From Mobula hypostoma (taxonomy: Eukaryota), in contig NC_086097.1 in NCBI RefSeq assembly GCF_963921235.1, positions 132,062,001 to 132,126,000 of the forward strand: a stretch of DNA of 64,000 bases, in the 5' to 3' direction. Position numbers and translations under genes: made by a program. The notes beneath the pieces were generated by a model. It saw only the letters and a list, made by a program, of their open reading frames with translations, ran no database searches and was not told where the DNA came from. Shown here piece after piece: positions 36,745 to 49,064 of the stretch; positions within the stretch are counted from its first letter, which is position 1; each line of letters begins with the position of its first letter.

Positions 36745-39620
36745 GACCATAAGACAGAAGACAAAGGCGCAGAAGTCGGCCATTCGGCCCATCGAGTCTG
36801 CTCTGTCATTTTATCATGAGCTGATCCATTCTCCCATTTAGTCCCACTCTCCCGCCTTCTCACCATAACCTTTGATGCCCTGACTACTCAGATACCTATC
36901 AATCTCTGCCTTACATACACCCAATGACTTAGCCTCCACTGCTGCCCGTGGTAACAAATTCCATAGATTCACCACCCTCTGGCTAAAAAAATTTCTTTGC
37001 ATTTCTGTTCTGAATGGGCGCCCTTCAATCCTTAAGTCATGTCCTCTTGTACTAGACTCCCCCATCATAGGAAACAACTTTGCCACATCCACTCTGTCCA
37101 TGCATTTCAACATTCTTAATGCTTCTATGAGGTCTCCCCTCATTCTTCTAAACTCCAAGGAATACAGTCCAAGAGCGGACAAACATTCCTCATATCTTAA
37201 CCCTCTCATTCCCGGAATCATTCTAGTGAATCTTCTCTGTACCCTCTCCAAAGTCAGCGTACCCTTTCTTAAATAAGCAGACCAAAACTGCCCACAGTAC
37301 TCCAAGTGAGGTCTCACCAGCGCCTTATAGAGCCTCAATGTCACATCCCTGCTCCTATACTCTATTCCCTAGAAATGAATGCCAATATTGTATTCGCCTT
37401 CTTCACTACCGACTCAACCTGGAGGTTAACCTTAAGGGTATCCTGTATGAGGACTCCCAAGTGTCGTTGCATCTCGGACCTTTGAATTCTTTCCCCATTT
37501 AAATAATAATCTGCCCATCTATTTCTTCCGCCAAAGTGCATAACCATACACTTTCCAACATTGTATTTCATTTGCCACTTCTTTGTCCGTTCTTCCAATT
37601 CATCCAAATTTCTCTGCAGACTCTCCATTTCCCAGCACTACTGGCCCCTCCACCTATCTTCGTATCATCAGTAAACTTAGCCACAAAGCCATCTATTCCA
37701 TAATCCAAATCATTAATGTACAATGTAAAAAGAAGCGGCCCCAACACGGACTCCTGTGGAACACCACTGGTAACCAGCAGCCAGCCAGAATAGGATCCCT
37801 TTATTCCCACTCTCTGTTTCCTGCCAATCAGCCAACGCTCTATCCATGTATGTAACTTTCCCGTAATTCCATGGGCTCTTATCTTGTTAAGTAGCCTCAT
37901 GTGTGGCACCTTGTCAAAGGCCTTCTGAAAATCCAAATATACAACATCCACTGCATCTCCCTTGTCTAGCCTACTGGTAATTTCCTCAAAAAATTGTAAT
38001 AGGTTTGTCAGGCAGGATTTTCCTTTAAGAAATCCACGCTGTTCTGCCTATCTTGTCATATGCCTCCAGGTACTCTGTAACCTCATCCTTGACAATCGAC
38101 TCCAACAACTTCCCAACCACCGATGTCAAGCTAACAGGTCAATAATTTCCTTTTTGCTTCCTTGCCCCCTTCTTAAACAGCGGAGTGACATTTGCAATCT
38201 TCCAGTCCTCCGGAACCATGCCAGAATCTATTGACTTTTGAAAGATCATCGCTAATGCCTCCGCAATCTCCACAGCTACTTTCTTCAGAACACGCGATGC
38301 ATTCCATCTGGTCCAAGAGATTTGTCTATCTTCAGACTATTCAGCTTCCTGTGTACTCTCTCTGTTGTAATTGTGACTGCGCACACTTCTCTTCCCTGCC
38401 ACCCTTGAGTGTCCGGTATACTGCTGATGTCTTCCTCAGTGAAGACTGATGCAAAATACTCGTTCAGTTCCTCGGCCATCTCCTTATCTCCCATTACAAT
38501 TTCTCCAGCATCATTTTCTATCGGTCTTATATCTCCTCTCACCTGTCTTTTACTCTTTATATACTTGAAAAAGCTTTTATTATCCTCTTTGATATTATTT
38601 GTGAGCTTCCTTTCATAGTTAATCTCTTCCCTCTTATTGACCTTCTTAGTTTCCTGTTGTAAGGTTTTAAAAACTTCCCAATCCTCTGTCTTCCCACTAG
38701 TTTTTGCTTCCTTGTATGCCCTCTCCTTTGCTTTAACTTTGGCTTTGACTTCTCTAGTCAACCACGGTTGCATCTTTTTCCATTCGAAAATTTCTTCTTT
38801 TTTGGAATATATCTGTCTTGCACCTTCCTCACTTCTCGCATAAACTTCAGCCACTGCTGCTCTGCCGTCTTTCCTGCCAGTGTCCCTTTCCAGTCAACTT
38901 TCGCCAGTTCCTCTCTCATGCTACTGTAATTTCCTTTACTCCACTGAAATACCGACACATCAGATTTCGGCTTCTCTTTTTCTAATTTCACAGTGAACTC
39001 AATCATGTTATGATCACTGCCTCCTAAGGGTTCCTTCACCTCAATCTCTCTAATCACCTCTGGTTCATTACACAATACCCAGTCCAGTACAGCTGATCCC
39101 CTAGTGGGCTCAACAACAAGCTGTTCTAAAAAGCCATCTCGCAGACATTCTACAAATTCTCTCTTGAGATCCAGTGCCGACCTGATTTTCCCAATCCACT
39201 CGCATGTTAAAATCCCCCTCAATTATCAGAACACTGCCCTTCTGACAAGCCTTTTATATTTCCTGCTGTAATTTGTAGTCCACATCACTGCAGTTGTTTG
39301 GAGGTCCATAAGTAAGAGCCATCAGGGTCCTTTTACCCCTGCGATTTCTTAGCTCAACCCATAAAGATTCTGCACCTTCCGATCCTATATCACCTCTTTC
39401 TCATGATTTAATATCATTTCTTACCAATAAAACCACGCCTCCCCCTCTGCCTACCTTCCTATCCTTCCGATACACTGTGTATCCTTGGACATCCAGAGAC
39501 ATGCATCCTTTAGCCACGTCTCAGCGATGGCCACAATATCATACCTGCCAATCTGTGGTTGTACGACAAGATCATCCACCTTATTCCTTACGCTGCGTGC
39601 ATTTAAGTATAACATCTTAA
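36745..39620 (-). mobile_element. CR1-type LINE, nearly complete but frameshifted ORF2 (APE endonuclease plus RT) and 3' tail
   Basis: LYLNARSVRNK, GSDHNMIEF, YLDFQKAFDKVPH, SGVPQESVLGP, KFTDDTK, YKALVRPHLEYC. Confidence 0.95.
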
Positions 39621-40529
39621 GATGAGAATTGGATTTCAGGAAATAAAACCTGTTCACAATTTAATTCCCAACTAATAGTTTCTGGCTAAGTGAAACTAAT
39701 CAGTAGGTGTGAGACATTTCTGATTCTGTCCCATTGAAACAAACACAAGGGAAGACGATAGATGAATGTTCCTACTATGAGCACACTGTTAAAGGTCTAT
39801 CCATGATACTTAATACACAATTCAGGACACATCTGTTTTGTCACCAAGCCTTCTGCTTAATTGTTTATTCATGATTTCATCCTTCAACACTGTAACGAAA
39901 GATGGATATTTTGTGTGTCTGCAATTTGTACTCAGAGGTTTTTGGAACAGACATAAGGATTGAATATTCAAAGGGATTCTGTTGGGATGTGCTGCATAGT
40001 ACATATATACTTTTGCAATTTTACCCTACTATGTTGAAAATATTAAAGGTGATTATAGCAATTGAAACTGTAGTTAATAATTTATACTTATCTTGTGTTG
40101 AAGTATAAACATTGTGTTGGGAGAGTGAGATTCTCTTGCATTCCCCTGGACTATCTCTCTCCTGAAAGTTTCGATAACGGTGTGAATGAAGACTTTTATG
40201 TTTCACAGTTACTACTTCTGTGTGGCTCAGTTTTAAGTCAGTCATAACAGTACCTGGCTCAAGTACATCCTGTGGCAGCTCGTTCCACACCAGTACCACA
40301 GTTAGTGCAAAAAAAGAGTTGTCCCTCAAGTTCCTAGTCAATCGTTCCTGTCACCTTAAGCCTATGCCCTCCAGACTGATCTTTCTGGTTACCTTTACAC
40401 TAATCCAACACTGATCCCATTTTATTCTCCCCAGCTTGCGGCCCATTGGCAGGAGTAGATATATGAATAATACTTGGTGAACCACTGGAAAGTAACACCT
40501 GTACCCAAGGTAGAAATGGGCACACAAGA

Positions 40530-40765
40530 GTATTTGGGGTAGCGGTTGGTGTAACACTGGTTTATTGCTGCTGCTGTCTGTAAGGAGTTTGTGCGTTATC
40601 CTCGTGACCACGTGGCTTTCCTCTGGGTGCACCAGTTTCCTCCCACATTACAAAAGGCATGCAGATTTATCAGCTGATTGGTCACATGGGTGTAATTGTG
40701 TGGCACGGGTATGTTGGGCCGGTAGAGACTGTTATCACGCTGTACCTCTAAATAAAAATATAATA
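40530..40765 (+). mobile_element. V/HE1-like SINE
   Basis: gtaaggagtttgtgcgtt...ggtgcaccagtttcctcccaca; A-rich tail. Confidence 0.7.
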
Positions 40766-40771
40766 ACATTC

Positions 40772-40918
40772 CCATAAAAGTTGCTGGTGAACGCAGCAGG
40801 CCAGGCAGCATCTCTAGGAAGAGGTACAGTCGACTTTTCGGGCCGAGACCCTTCGTCAGGACTAACTGAAAGAAGAGCTCGTATGAGATTTGAAAGTGGG
40901 AGGGGGAGGGGGATCTCA
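40772..40918 (-). mobile_element. Penelope tail (family 2) with minimal hammerhead core
   Basis: Minus strand reads agtc CTGACGA agggtctcggccc GAAA agtc gact. Confidence 0.8.
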
Positions 40919-40934
40919 TTTGCAGATTCCCTCA

Positions 40935-41500
40935 GCCCTCAGCCTGCTGCCCCAGCACACAACAACAAACATGATCGCACTGGCCGCCACAGACTCGTAG
41001 AACATCCCCAGCATCGTCCGACAGATGTAAAGGACCTCCGTCTCCTCAGGAAATAGAGACGGCTCTGACCCTTCTTGTAGACAGCCTCAGTGTTCTTTGA
41101 CCAGTCCAGTTTATTGTCAATTCGTATCCCCAGGTATTTGTAATCCTCCACCATGTCCACACTGACCCCCTGGATAGAAATGGGGGTCACCGGTGCCTTA
41201 GCTCTCCTCAGGTCTACCACCAGCTCCTTAGTCTTTTTCACATTAAGCTACAGATAATTCTGCTCACACTACGTGACAAAGTTTCCTACCGTAGCCCTGT
41301 ACTCAGCCTCATCTCCCTTGCTGATGCATCCAACTATGGCAGAGTCATCCGAAAACTTCTGAAGATGACAAGACTCTGTGCAGTAGTTGAAGTCCGAGGT
41401 GTAAATGGTGAAGAGAAAGGGAGACAAGACAGTCCCCTGTGGAGCCCCTGTGCTGCTGATCACTCTGTCGGACACACAATGTTGCAGGCACATGTACTGT
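40935..41500 (-). mobile_element. Rex1/Babar RT fragment
   Basis: STGAPQGTVLSPFLFTIYTSDF..KFSDDSAIVG; DWSKNTEAVYKKGQSRLYFLR. Confidence 0.9.
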
Positions 41501-41894
41501 TTATAGGTTTACGAAGGATATAGGCAGAATAGACAGCTGATATTTTTTCCATAGGGTCAAAATGTCTAATACTAAAATATATACGCTGAAGGTGAGAGAG
41601 AAGTAAGTTGAAAGCAGATTGTGTTTTTTTTACAGAGTGGTTGTTGCTTGAAATGCACTGCCAGTGGAGGCAAGTATGAAAGGAACATTTAAGAGTCTCT
41701 TAGATAGACAAATAAATGTGCAGAGAATGGAAAGATATTGATATTGTGTAGGCAAAAGGAATTAGTCTAGGGGATAGGGAGTTGAATTACTGGTTTAATA
41801 GGTTCAGCACAACATAGTGGGCCAAAAGGCCTGTTGCTGTGATGTACTTTCTATGTTCTTGACTTTCTATGCAAAAAAACTTTCTAACCTACTT

Positions 41895-42390
41895 AAGTAG
41901 GTTCATGAGGTTAATTCCCGGGATGGCGGGACTGTCATATGTTGAAAGATTGGAGTGACTGGGCTTGTATATAATGGGATTTAGAAGCATGAGAGGGGAT
42001 CTGATTGAAACATATAAGATTATTGGGGGATTGGACACGCTGGAGGCAGGAAACATGTTCCCGATGTTGAGGGAGTCCAGAACCAGAGGCCACAGTTTAA
42101 GAATAAGGGGTAGGCCAGTTAGAATGGAGTTGAGGAAAAACTTTTTCACACAGAGAGTTGTGGATCTGTGGAATGCTCTGCCTCAGAAGGCAGTGGAGGC
42201 CAATTCTCTGGATTCTTTCAAGAGAAAGTTAGATAGAGCTGTTAAAGATAACGGAGTCAAGGGATATGGGGAGAAGGCAGGAACGGGGTACTGATTGTGG
42301 ATGATCAGCCACGATCACAGTGAATAGTGGTGCTGGCTCGAAGGGCTGAATGGCCTACTCCTGCACCTATTGTTTACTGTCTATTGTCTA
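41895..42390 (+). mobile_element. CR1 LINE 3' fragment
   Basis: RGDLIETYKI...TRGHSLRI...FFTQRVVDLWNALP; (ctattgt)n tail. Confidence 0.9.
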
Positions 42391-44999
42391 AAAGCCACAT
42401 ATCTGAATTACTTAATTTTTGTAATTTCAATCTTGCTGAAACCCACACCCACCAAGCTGTCAGTTTCTTCTAGTTTTTTACTCACACTTTAGTCAGGTGT
42501 TCTATGAGTGAATATGTTGGAGAGGGACCTACTGATGAGATTGCTACCATTTAGTGAAGAATCACAGGTGTGCGATTTTTAACAGTTTGAAGGATGCAAC
42601 CAATTTTTCCTAGGAACACCAGCGTTGGAAAAAGGACCTGTTTACAAATTAATACAACAGCTGCTGCTCCCAACTGATGCCTCCCCATTATTATATCAAA
42701 ATATCCCAAGCAGTGTTTTCCAGCTAGAACATAAAAATATGTTTGTGCAAAAAGCCAACAACTTAAGTAAACAGATTTTTAGGAATATCTTAAAGGAGTA
42801 AGAAGATGAAAGGCAAAGATGTTTAGGGGAAGAATTCCAAACTTCAGTGATGTAGGATCTTTGAGTGCTACAAGTTATAGGCAAAAATTCTACAAAACTG
42901 AGAGTCATGGAGGTATAAATTCCTAAGATGCAGGGTCTGAGGGAAAAGGGGTGATATGTAGGTCTGAGGTAAGGAAAATCCTCTCTCCGAAAGATCAGGG
43001 TGCTCAATAGCTGAGTATGTTCCAACCCAAGTTTAATACCATTTTGAACACAATGGGAATCAAGGGAAATGAGGATTAAGTGACAATATAGAAAATGGGA
43101 ATGGGAGTCACCTACCCTGCTCCTTTAATTCTGCTCTTCCGTGCAATAAGATTGATCTCAGCCTTCAAAGTCAAAGTCGAGTTTACCACCATATGCACCA
43201 TATGCAGAATGGCAATGCAAAACTTACTTGCAGCATTTTCCTGTACACTCGCCTACAGTCCAGACCTGTCCAAGTAAGCCATGAATATATTCAAGGACTT
43301 AATCTCTATAATTCCTGGCACAGAGAGAGTCACAATTTCTTTAAGGGAAAAAGTTCCTCCTAGTCTTCATGAGGTGATACCTGATTCTGAAACTGGAGCC
43401 CAAAACTAAACCACATACCTCCAGGCTCAAGGACAGCTTCTGTCCCACTGTTATACAACTATTAAACTGTCTTCTTGTATGATAATATGGAATGACAACT
43501 TACCTCAATATGGCCCTTACTATCTACCTGCGTTACACTTCCTCTGCAATTGCAGCACTTTATTCTGATTTTTGTCATAACTACCTCAACGTACTGATGT
43601 GATGAAATAATCTGTATGGGTGGCATGCAAAACAAAGTGTTCAGTTTCAGATTCATTTATTTATCACGTGTACATTGAAGCATTGTACAGAGAAATGCAT
43701 AGCTTGTGTTAACAACCAGCAGAACTTCAGGATGTGCTGAGTCTAGTGTCGCTAGACATTCCAGCACCAACACAGTATGCCCAAAACGTTCAGCCTCACA
43801 ACAACAAGACAACATAAAGAAAAGCAGCAAAACAAGCTCCTCCCCATCCCCCTCTCAAACACAGACAGGCCTCTAACCCCAGGGCAGTTTGTCTCTGGGC
43901 CTCAACTCTCTGCTCTTGGCCCCAGACTCTCAAATTTGCAGACACTGGGCCTCCAACCTTCAGTCTCTGGCCTGGATTCACAGACAGGCAAACATCAGGC
44001 CTCTGACTTCTGGACGAGGTGAACCAATGGCTTCAACCTTCAGGCGTCGACTTCCAGACTTGCCAACTTGAGTCTTCAATCTTTGGGCTTTGACCCCTGG
44101 ACTTCAAAATCTGATTCAACCAATGGCCTTCCCTGACCTTTGGGTATTGACTCCAGGACTTACCAGTCATGGACTTTCACCTTGAGGCCAAGACCTCCAA
44201 ACTTGCACAGACCTTCAACATTGGGACTCTCTGAACTCAGAGGGTCACTGAACCCTGTCCTTGGGGCCCACTAACCTCAGTTCTTGACCATGGGGACTGC
44301 TGGTCTTCAGTGTGTGTTGATCTGATTGTCCTGACTCTTTATTTACTGTTGCTGACCTCTAACTGTCTCTTGTCCCTGTCCCTAAACTGCTCCCTAACTT
44401 CCCACTCTGTCCCCAAGATGACCCCTACTTACCTTAAATATAACTAAGTTTAAGCCACTACCTCAGCAGACACAGAGGCTCAATGCCATCATGACCAGAA
44501 ATGAATGGATGCAAGTGTTTTACCTGTACCTTAGTACACGTGGCAATAAAGATTAAAAAAAACATTCTTTCTGCACGATGTCATGTCCCCTCAAATCTTT
44601 CCATCTTCTAGTTCTATTTATTCAGTGACTTCAGGTTTGACTTGTTCACATGTTCTCCATCAGACAGACTCTTCGTGTCAGGAAGTGACTACATGATTCT
44701 TCTCTGAGAAGAATGGTCATTTAGTTGGACTGAGTATGACTGGTGGCCTTGAGTCTTAAGGAGAGGCTAGATAGGCTGGGACATTTTTCCTTGATGTGGA
44801 GGATACTAAGGTTTATAAAATTATAGAGGGCTGTTATAAATTATGCAGTGACAGGGTAGTAGATTTAAAACTAGAAGGCATAGGTTTAAGATGAGTGAGA
44901 CAGATATAACAGGGGCAACTTGTTACACAGAAGAACAGAGATTTACTCGTGTTTATGCATCACTACAAATAACTGAATTTAAACTTATCTAATTAATCC

Positions 45000-45556
45000 T
45001 GTTTGAGGGAGCCACAAACCCACCTGAGCCTGCATCTCCGGAACCTGGAATGATGGAAGATGGTCCAGTGCACATGGTTCGCCGGTTGATTGATTCATGT
45101 CATCGTGGGTAGGGTGTGCAGTACCTGGTTGACTGGGAACAGTATGGCCCAAAGGAGAGGTCTTGGGTGCCGTCCAGATTCATCTTGGATGCATTGCTCA
45201 TTGAGAAGTTCCTCGGGATGGCGGGGTCCTGTCAGTCCTGTACAGGCAGACACCTCCCAGTCACCACCCAGCTAATTGGAGTCGCCTGTCACTCATTTCC
45301 AACTCATCACCTGCAGCTTATTTAAATTCAGCTCTCATTCACAGTCCTTGTTCACCCATTGAACCAGCCAGCCCCAAACAGTTGCTTCAAGCCTTCAGTT
45401 ACCTTGTTGCCTTGTCTTGTTAAGTATCTGTTCTCTCTTGTTTTGTGGCCCCTCGTGGCTTTTTATTTTGCAGTTTAGTTTTAAAGGTAGTGCTCATCGC
45501 TAAATCATCTCTGCTGCTTTGCACTTAGGTCAAGCCCTCTCCTTCATTTCCTAACA
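45000..45556 (+). mobile_element. Gypsy chromovirus 3' remnant: chromodomain, G-rich PPT, LTR 45230-45556
   Basis: [34 protein letters not shown] bounded by TGT...ACA. Confidence 0.8.
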
Positions 45557-45611
45557 ATTCCAGCAGTTATAATGTGTTTGGACTGGTCTCATCTTATGCC
45601 ATAGAAATTCA

Positions 45612-47140
45612 GATAACACACTCAGGAGGAAGTCCTGGAGGAATTTAGCAGGGCAGGCAGCATCTATGGAAGAGAGTATAGTCAACGTTTTGAGCCAAGA
45701 CCTTCATCGGAACTGGAAAAAAGGGATGAGAAGTCAGATAAGAAGGTGAGGGGAGGGTAGGAAGAAGTCCAAGGAGGTAGATAATAGGTAAAACCTGGAT
45801 AGGAGGAAAGGTGAAGTAACGAGCTGGGAAGCTGATAGGTGAAAGAGAAACAGGGCTGGAGAAGGGGGAATCTGATAGGAGAGGACAGAAGGCCATGGAA
45901 GAAAGAAGAGGGAGAGGAACACCGGAGGGAGGTGATGCATAGCTAAGGCGATAAAGTGAGAGAGGGAAATGGGAATGGGGAATGGTGAAGGGGCTGGGGG
46001 GGGGGTGTCATTACCAGAAGTTGGAGAAATCAATGTACATGCCATCAGGTTTGAGGTTACCCAGATGAAATATAAGGTGTTGCTCCTCCAACTTGAGCGT
46101 GACCTCATTCCGATAGGAGAGGAAGCCATGGACTGACATGTCAGAATGGGAATGGGAAGTAGAATTAAAATAGGTAGCCAGTGGGAGATCCCACTTTTTC
46201 TGGCAGATGGAACGTAGGTGCTCGGCAAAGTGGTCTCCCAATCTACATTGGGCTTCACCAATGTACAGGAAGCCACACCGGGAGCACTGGATACAGTAGC
46301 TGACCCCAACCAACTCACGGGTGAAGTGAGAAGTCACCTGGAAGGGCTGTTTGGGGCTTGAATGCTGGTGAGGGAGGAGACACAGGGGCAGGTGTATCAC
46401 TTGTTCTGCTTGCAAGGATAAGTGCCAGATGGGAGAACGTTGGGGAGGGACAAGGGAGTCATGTGGGGAATGATTCCTGCTGATTGGGAGACTGCTTCAT
46501 TGAGTACCTACGCTCCATCCACCAGAAAAAGCGGGATCTCCCAGTGGCTACCTATTTTAATTCCGCTTCCCATTCCCATTCTGACATGTCAGTCCATGGC
46601 ATCCTCTGCTGTCGCGATGAGGCCACACTCTGGTTGGAGGAGCTACACCTCATAGTCAATCTGGCAGCCTCCAACCTGATGGCATGATGATTGATTTCTT
46701 GAACTTCCAGTAATGCCCCTCCCCACCCTCTTCTTCACCCTTCCCCATTCCCATTTTCCCTGTCTCACCTTATATCCTTATCTGTCCATACCTCCCTCTT
46801 GTGCTTCTCCCCCTTTTCTTTCTTCCAGTGCCTTTTGTCCTCTCTTACCAGGTTCCTCCTTCTCCAGCCCAGTATCTCTTTCACCAATCACCTTCCTAGC
46901 TCTTCACTTCACCCCTCTCCCCATCCCGGTTTCACCCATTACTTTGTGTTTCTTTCTCCCCTCCCCCCACCTTCTTACTCTGACTCCTCATCTTCTTTTC
47001 TCCAGTCCTGATGAAGGGTCTCGGCCTGAAATGTCGACCGTATTCTTTTCCACAGATACTGCCTAGCCTGCTGAGTTCCTCCAGCATCTTGTGTGTGCTG
47101 CTTGATTTACAGCATCTGCAGATTTTCCCTTATTTGTGAA
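45612..47140. mobile_element. Two Penelope (family 2) 3' halves in inverted orientation
   Basis: Minus arm 45612-46420 (SYCIQCSRCGFLYIGE..LGDHFAEH), plus arm 46460-47140; 9-bp direct repeat agaaattca at both outer edges. Confidence 0.85.
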
Positions 47141-48090
47141 AGAAATTCACGTGGTTCTTTGTTACTTGTTTCTTTTCCTTCGACCTTAGGAGTTGTCATC
47201 TATTTTGGTCATGCTTCCAATTATGTTTCTTAACTCCCAAGAGCTAAAAAGAGAAAAAAAAACATGTAACCTCAAAGGATAAAATTGGTGGAATTTGTCC
47301 AAAGCACTTGCTTTATTTTGCTTGTTCTTAAGAAAACTATTATAAAAGCAAATCTAAAACATGTGCATTTGCTTTAATGTAAAGAGTTAAAAACCGCCTA
47401 TAAAAATTGCAATCTCCAAGCATTCCTTTTTCCTCCCTAGAAGATAGTGTCTGAACTCTTATCTTTTTCTTTGCAGTAATCTTAAATTGCTAAACCCATT
47501 TCATACATTTAATCCCCAGACTCTTTTGAAAACTAATCATTTCTATGCTTTGTCTATAAAACATACCTCAGTAAACAAAAACCAAATTATCTGGGATTTT
47601 AGATTAGACAATTATTGACTTAATTCTCTACATCCTAATCACAGGATAATGTCCAATAATCCACAAACACATCTTAATCAATGTTAATCATAATTTATGT
47701 TCATCAGAAGTGTACAGTTAATGAAATGTAATTTATGATTTGAAGGTTTGAACCCTTTGGTTATGACTCCACTGGAAACATTTTTAATAAAAACTGGGGT
47801 CTCAGTTTATAGAATCTCAATAATTCAGTGTTAGAGTAGCTACTAGAATATTAGGGGGAGTGACCGTGTGGGATATCTTTATAGCTAGTTTTTGTTCTCC
47901 CTGATATCAGTGAATAAGACACATCAAGCCAGAGAGACTTAGAACTCACAGTCACACTGAACTCACTGTCTGCGATCTCTGGATAACCTCACTAATTTTA
48001 TCTGGTTGTTGGGAGCTGACTGCTTGTAAAGAGCGAACAATCTCTGGAATTCTATGTCCCAGGGTGCTGTCGACGTTCTTCTTCGAAGAT

Positions 48091-48460
48091 CATCACCTTG
48101 TCATGGTGGAAAGGCTTGTGGGCTCCTGAGAGCCCAAGAGCAATGCTGTCTGGAGCTTAGCTCCTGGTGGAGTCACCCATGCTAGTAAGTTCAAGGGCAA
48201 GGTTCCAGAAAAAGAGCGATCTGACCAAGATCTCAATGGTGGAGTTGGCAGAAGATGATGGCACATCACAATGGCAGTGAAGGGTCCCTAGGTATCTTGC
48301 ATTACATATATTGGACCCTGACCCCGAGGTGTCAAGGACAATGTGGTGCTTACCCATGCATCATCCACCCCTAGTTAAATAAGGTCACGCACAGACATTC
48401 CCTATTAAGCAAAAAACTCCTTAGGAGAACATCAACTTGGCTTGAGTGATCACACTACTA
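48091..48460 (+). mobile_element. RTE-clade (Rex3/Expander/BovB-like) 5' UTR-derived sequence
   Basis: caccttgtcatggtggaaaggcttg...ctcctggtggagtcacccatg...ccagaaaaagagcg resembles remembered RTE 5' ends. Confidence 0.5.
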
Positions 48461-49064
48461 CTGTTGAGGCTAGATTCTCGAGGTTACTAAAAGAGAAAGT
48501 AGACACTTTTTTTTAAATTTAGGGAACTGAGGATGATGGGGTATTAGAAGAGCAGGTGAGGCTTGAGGCAGATCAAACTTGATCAGTTTGAAGAGCTTGA
48601 AGGACCTGTTCCTAGTATCACATCCTTCATTGACCCTCTGCACTGTACAGGTTCTAGCGAGCAGAGAGAATCAGAGTCGAAAGCAGACCCTGCATTTGGA
48701 AGGTCATGACCTATATTAAATGAGGTTTTGAATATCAAGCGATATGGGGTTAGTGCAGGTAAAACAAAGTTCAGCCATGATCATGTAAAACAGCAGAACA
48801 GGCAAAGGGGTCTGAATGGCCTGTGATTCCTTCTGTTTCTTATGCTGTTACACAGGTCTCTTAACTGTTCAAAAATTAATCAAGTAAATTTAAATAATAT
48901 CAAAAATTAAAAAGCACATCTATTTAAGTAAATGTACACTAAGTATCAAGATAATGGAAAATGACGGTAAACATTTACTTTCAATATTTCTCTTTACATA
49001 CTTGCTGCCTGACAAGCTGAGGTTTTCCGTTTTCAGTAATGGAGAAGGTCAGCAACTTTATATT

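Noticed and set aside
36838..39657. Long ORFs as host genes (also 56117-57628, 59595-60062, 63373-63981)
   Set aside because: They are frameshifted CR1 and Rex1 ORF2 fragments.
47150..47243. Strong minus-strand acceptor suggesting a second gene's last exon (possible partners near 47567-47590 and 55507-55562)
   Set aside because: Very short frames, several equally plausible joins and no recognisable product; unsupported without RNA data.
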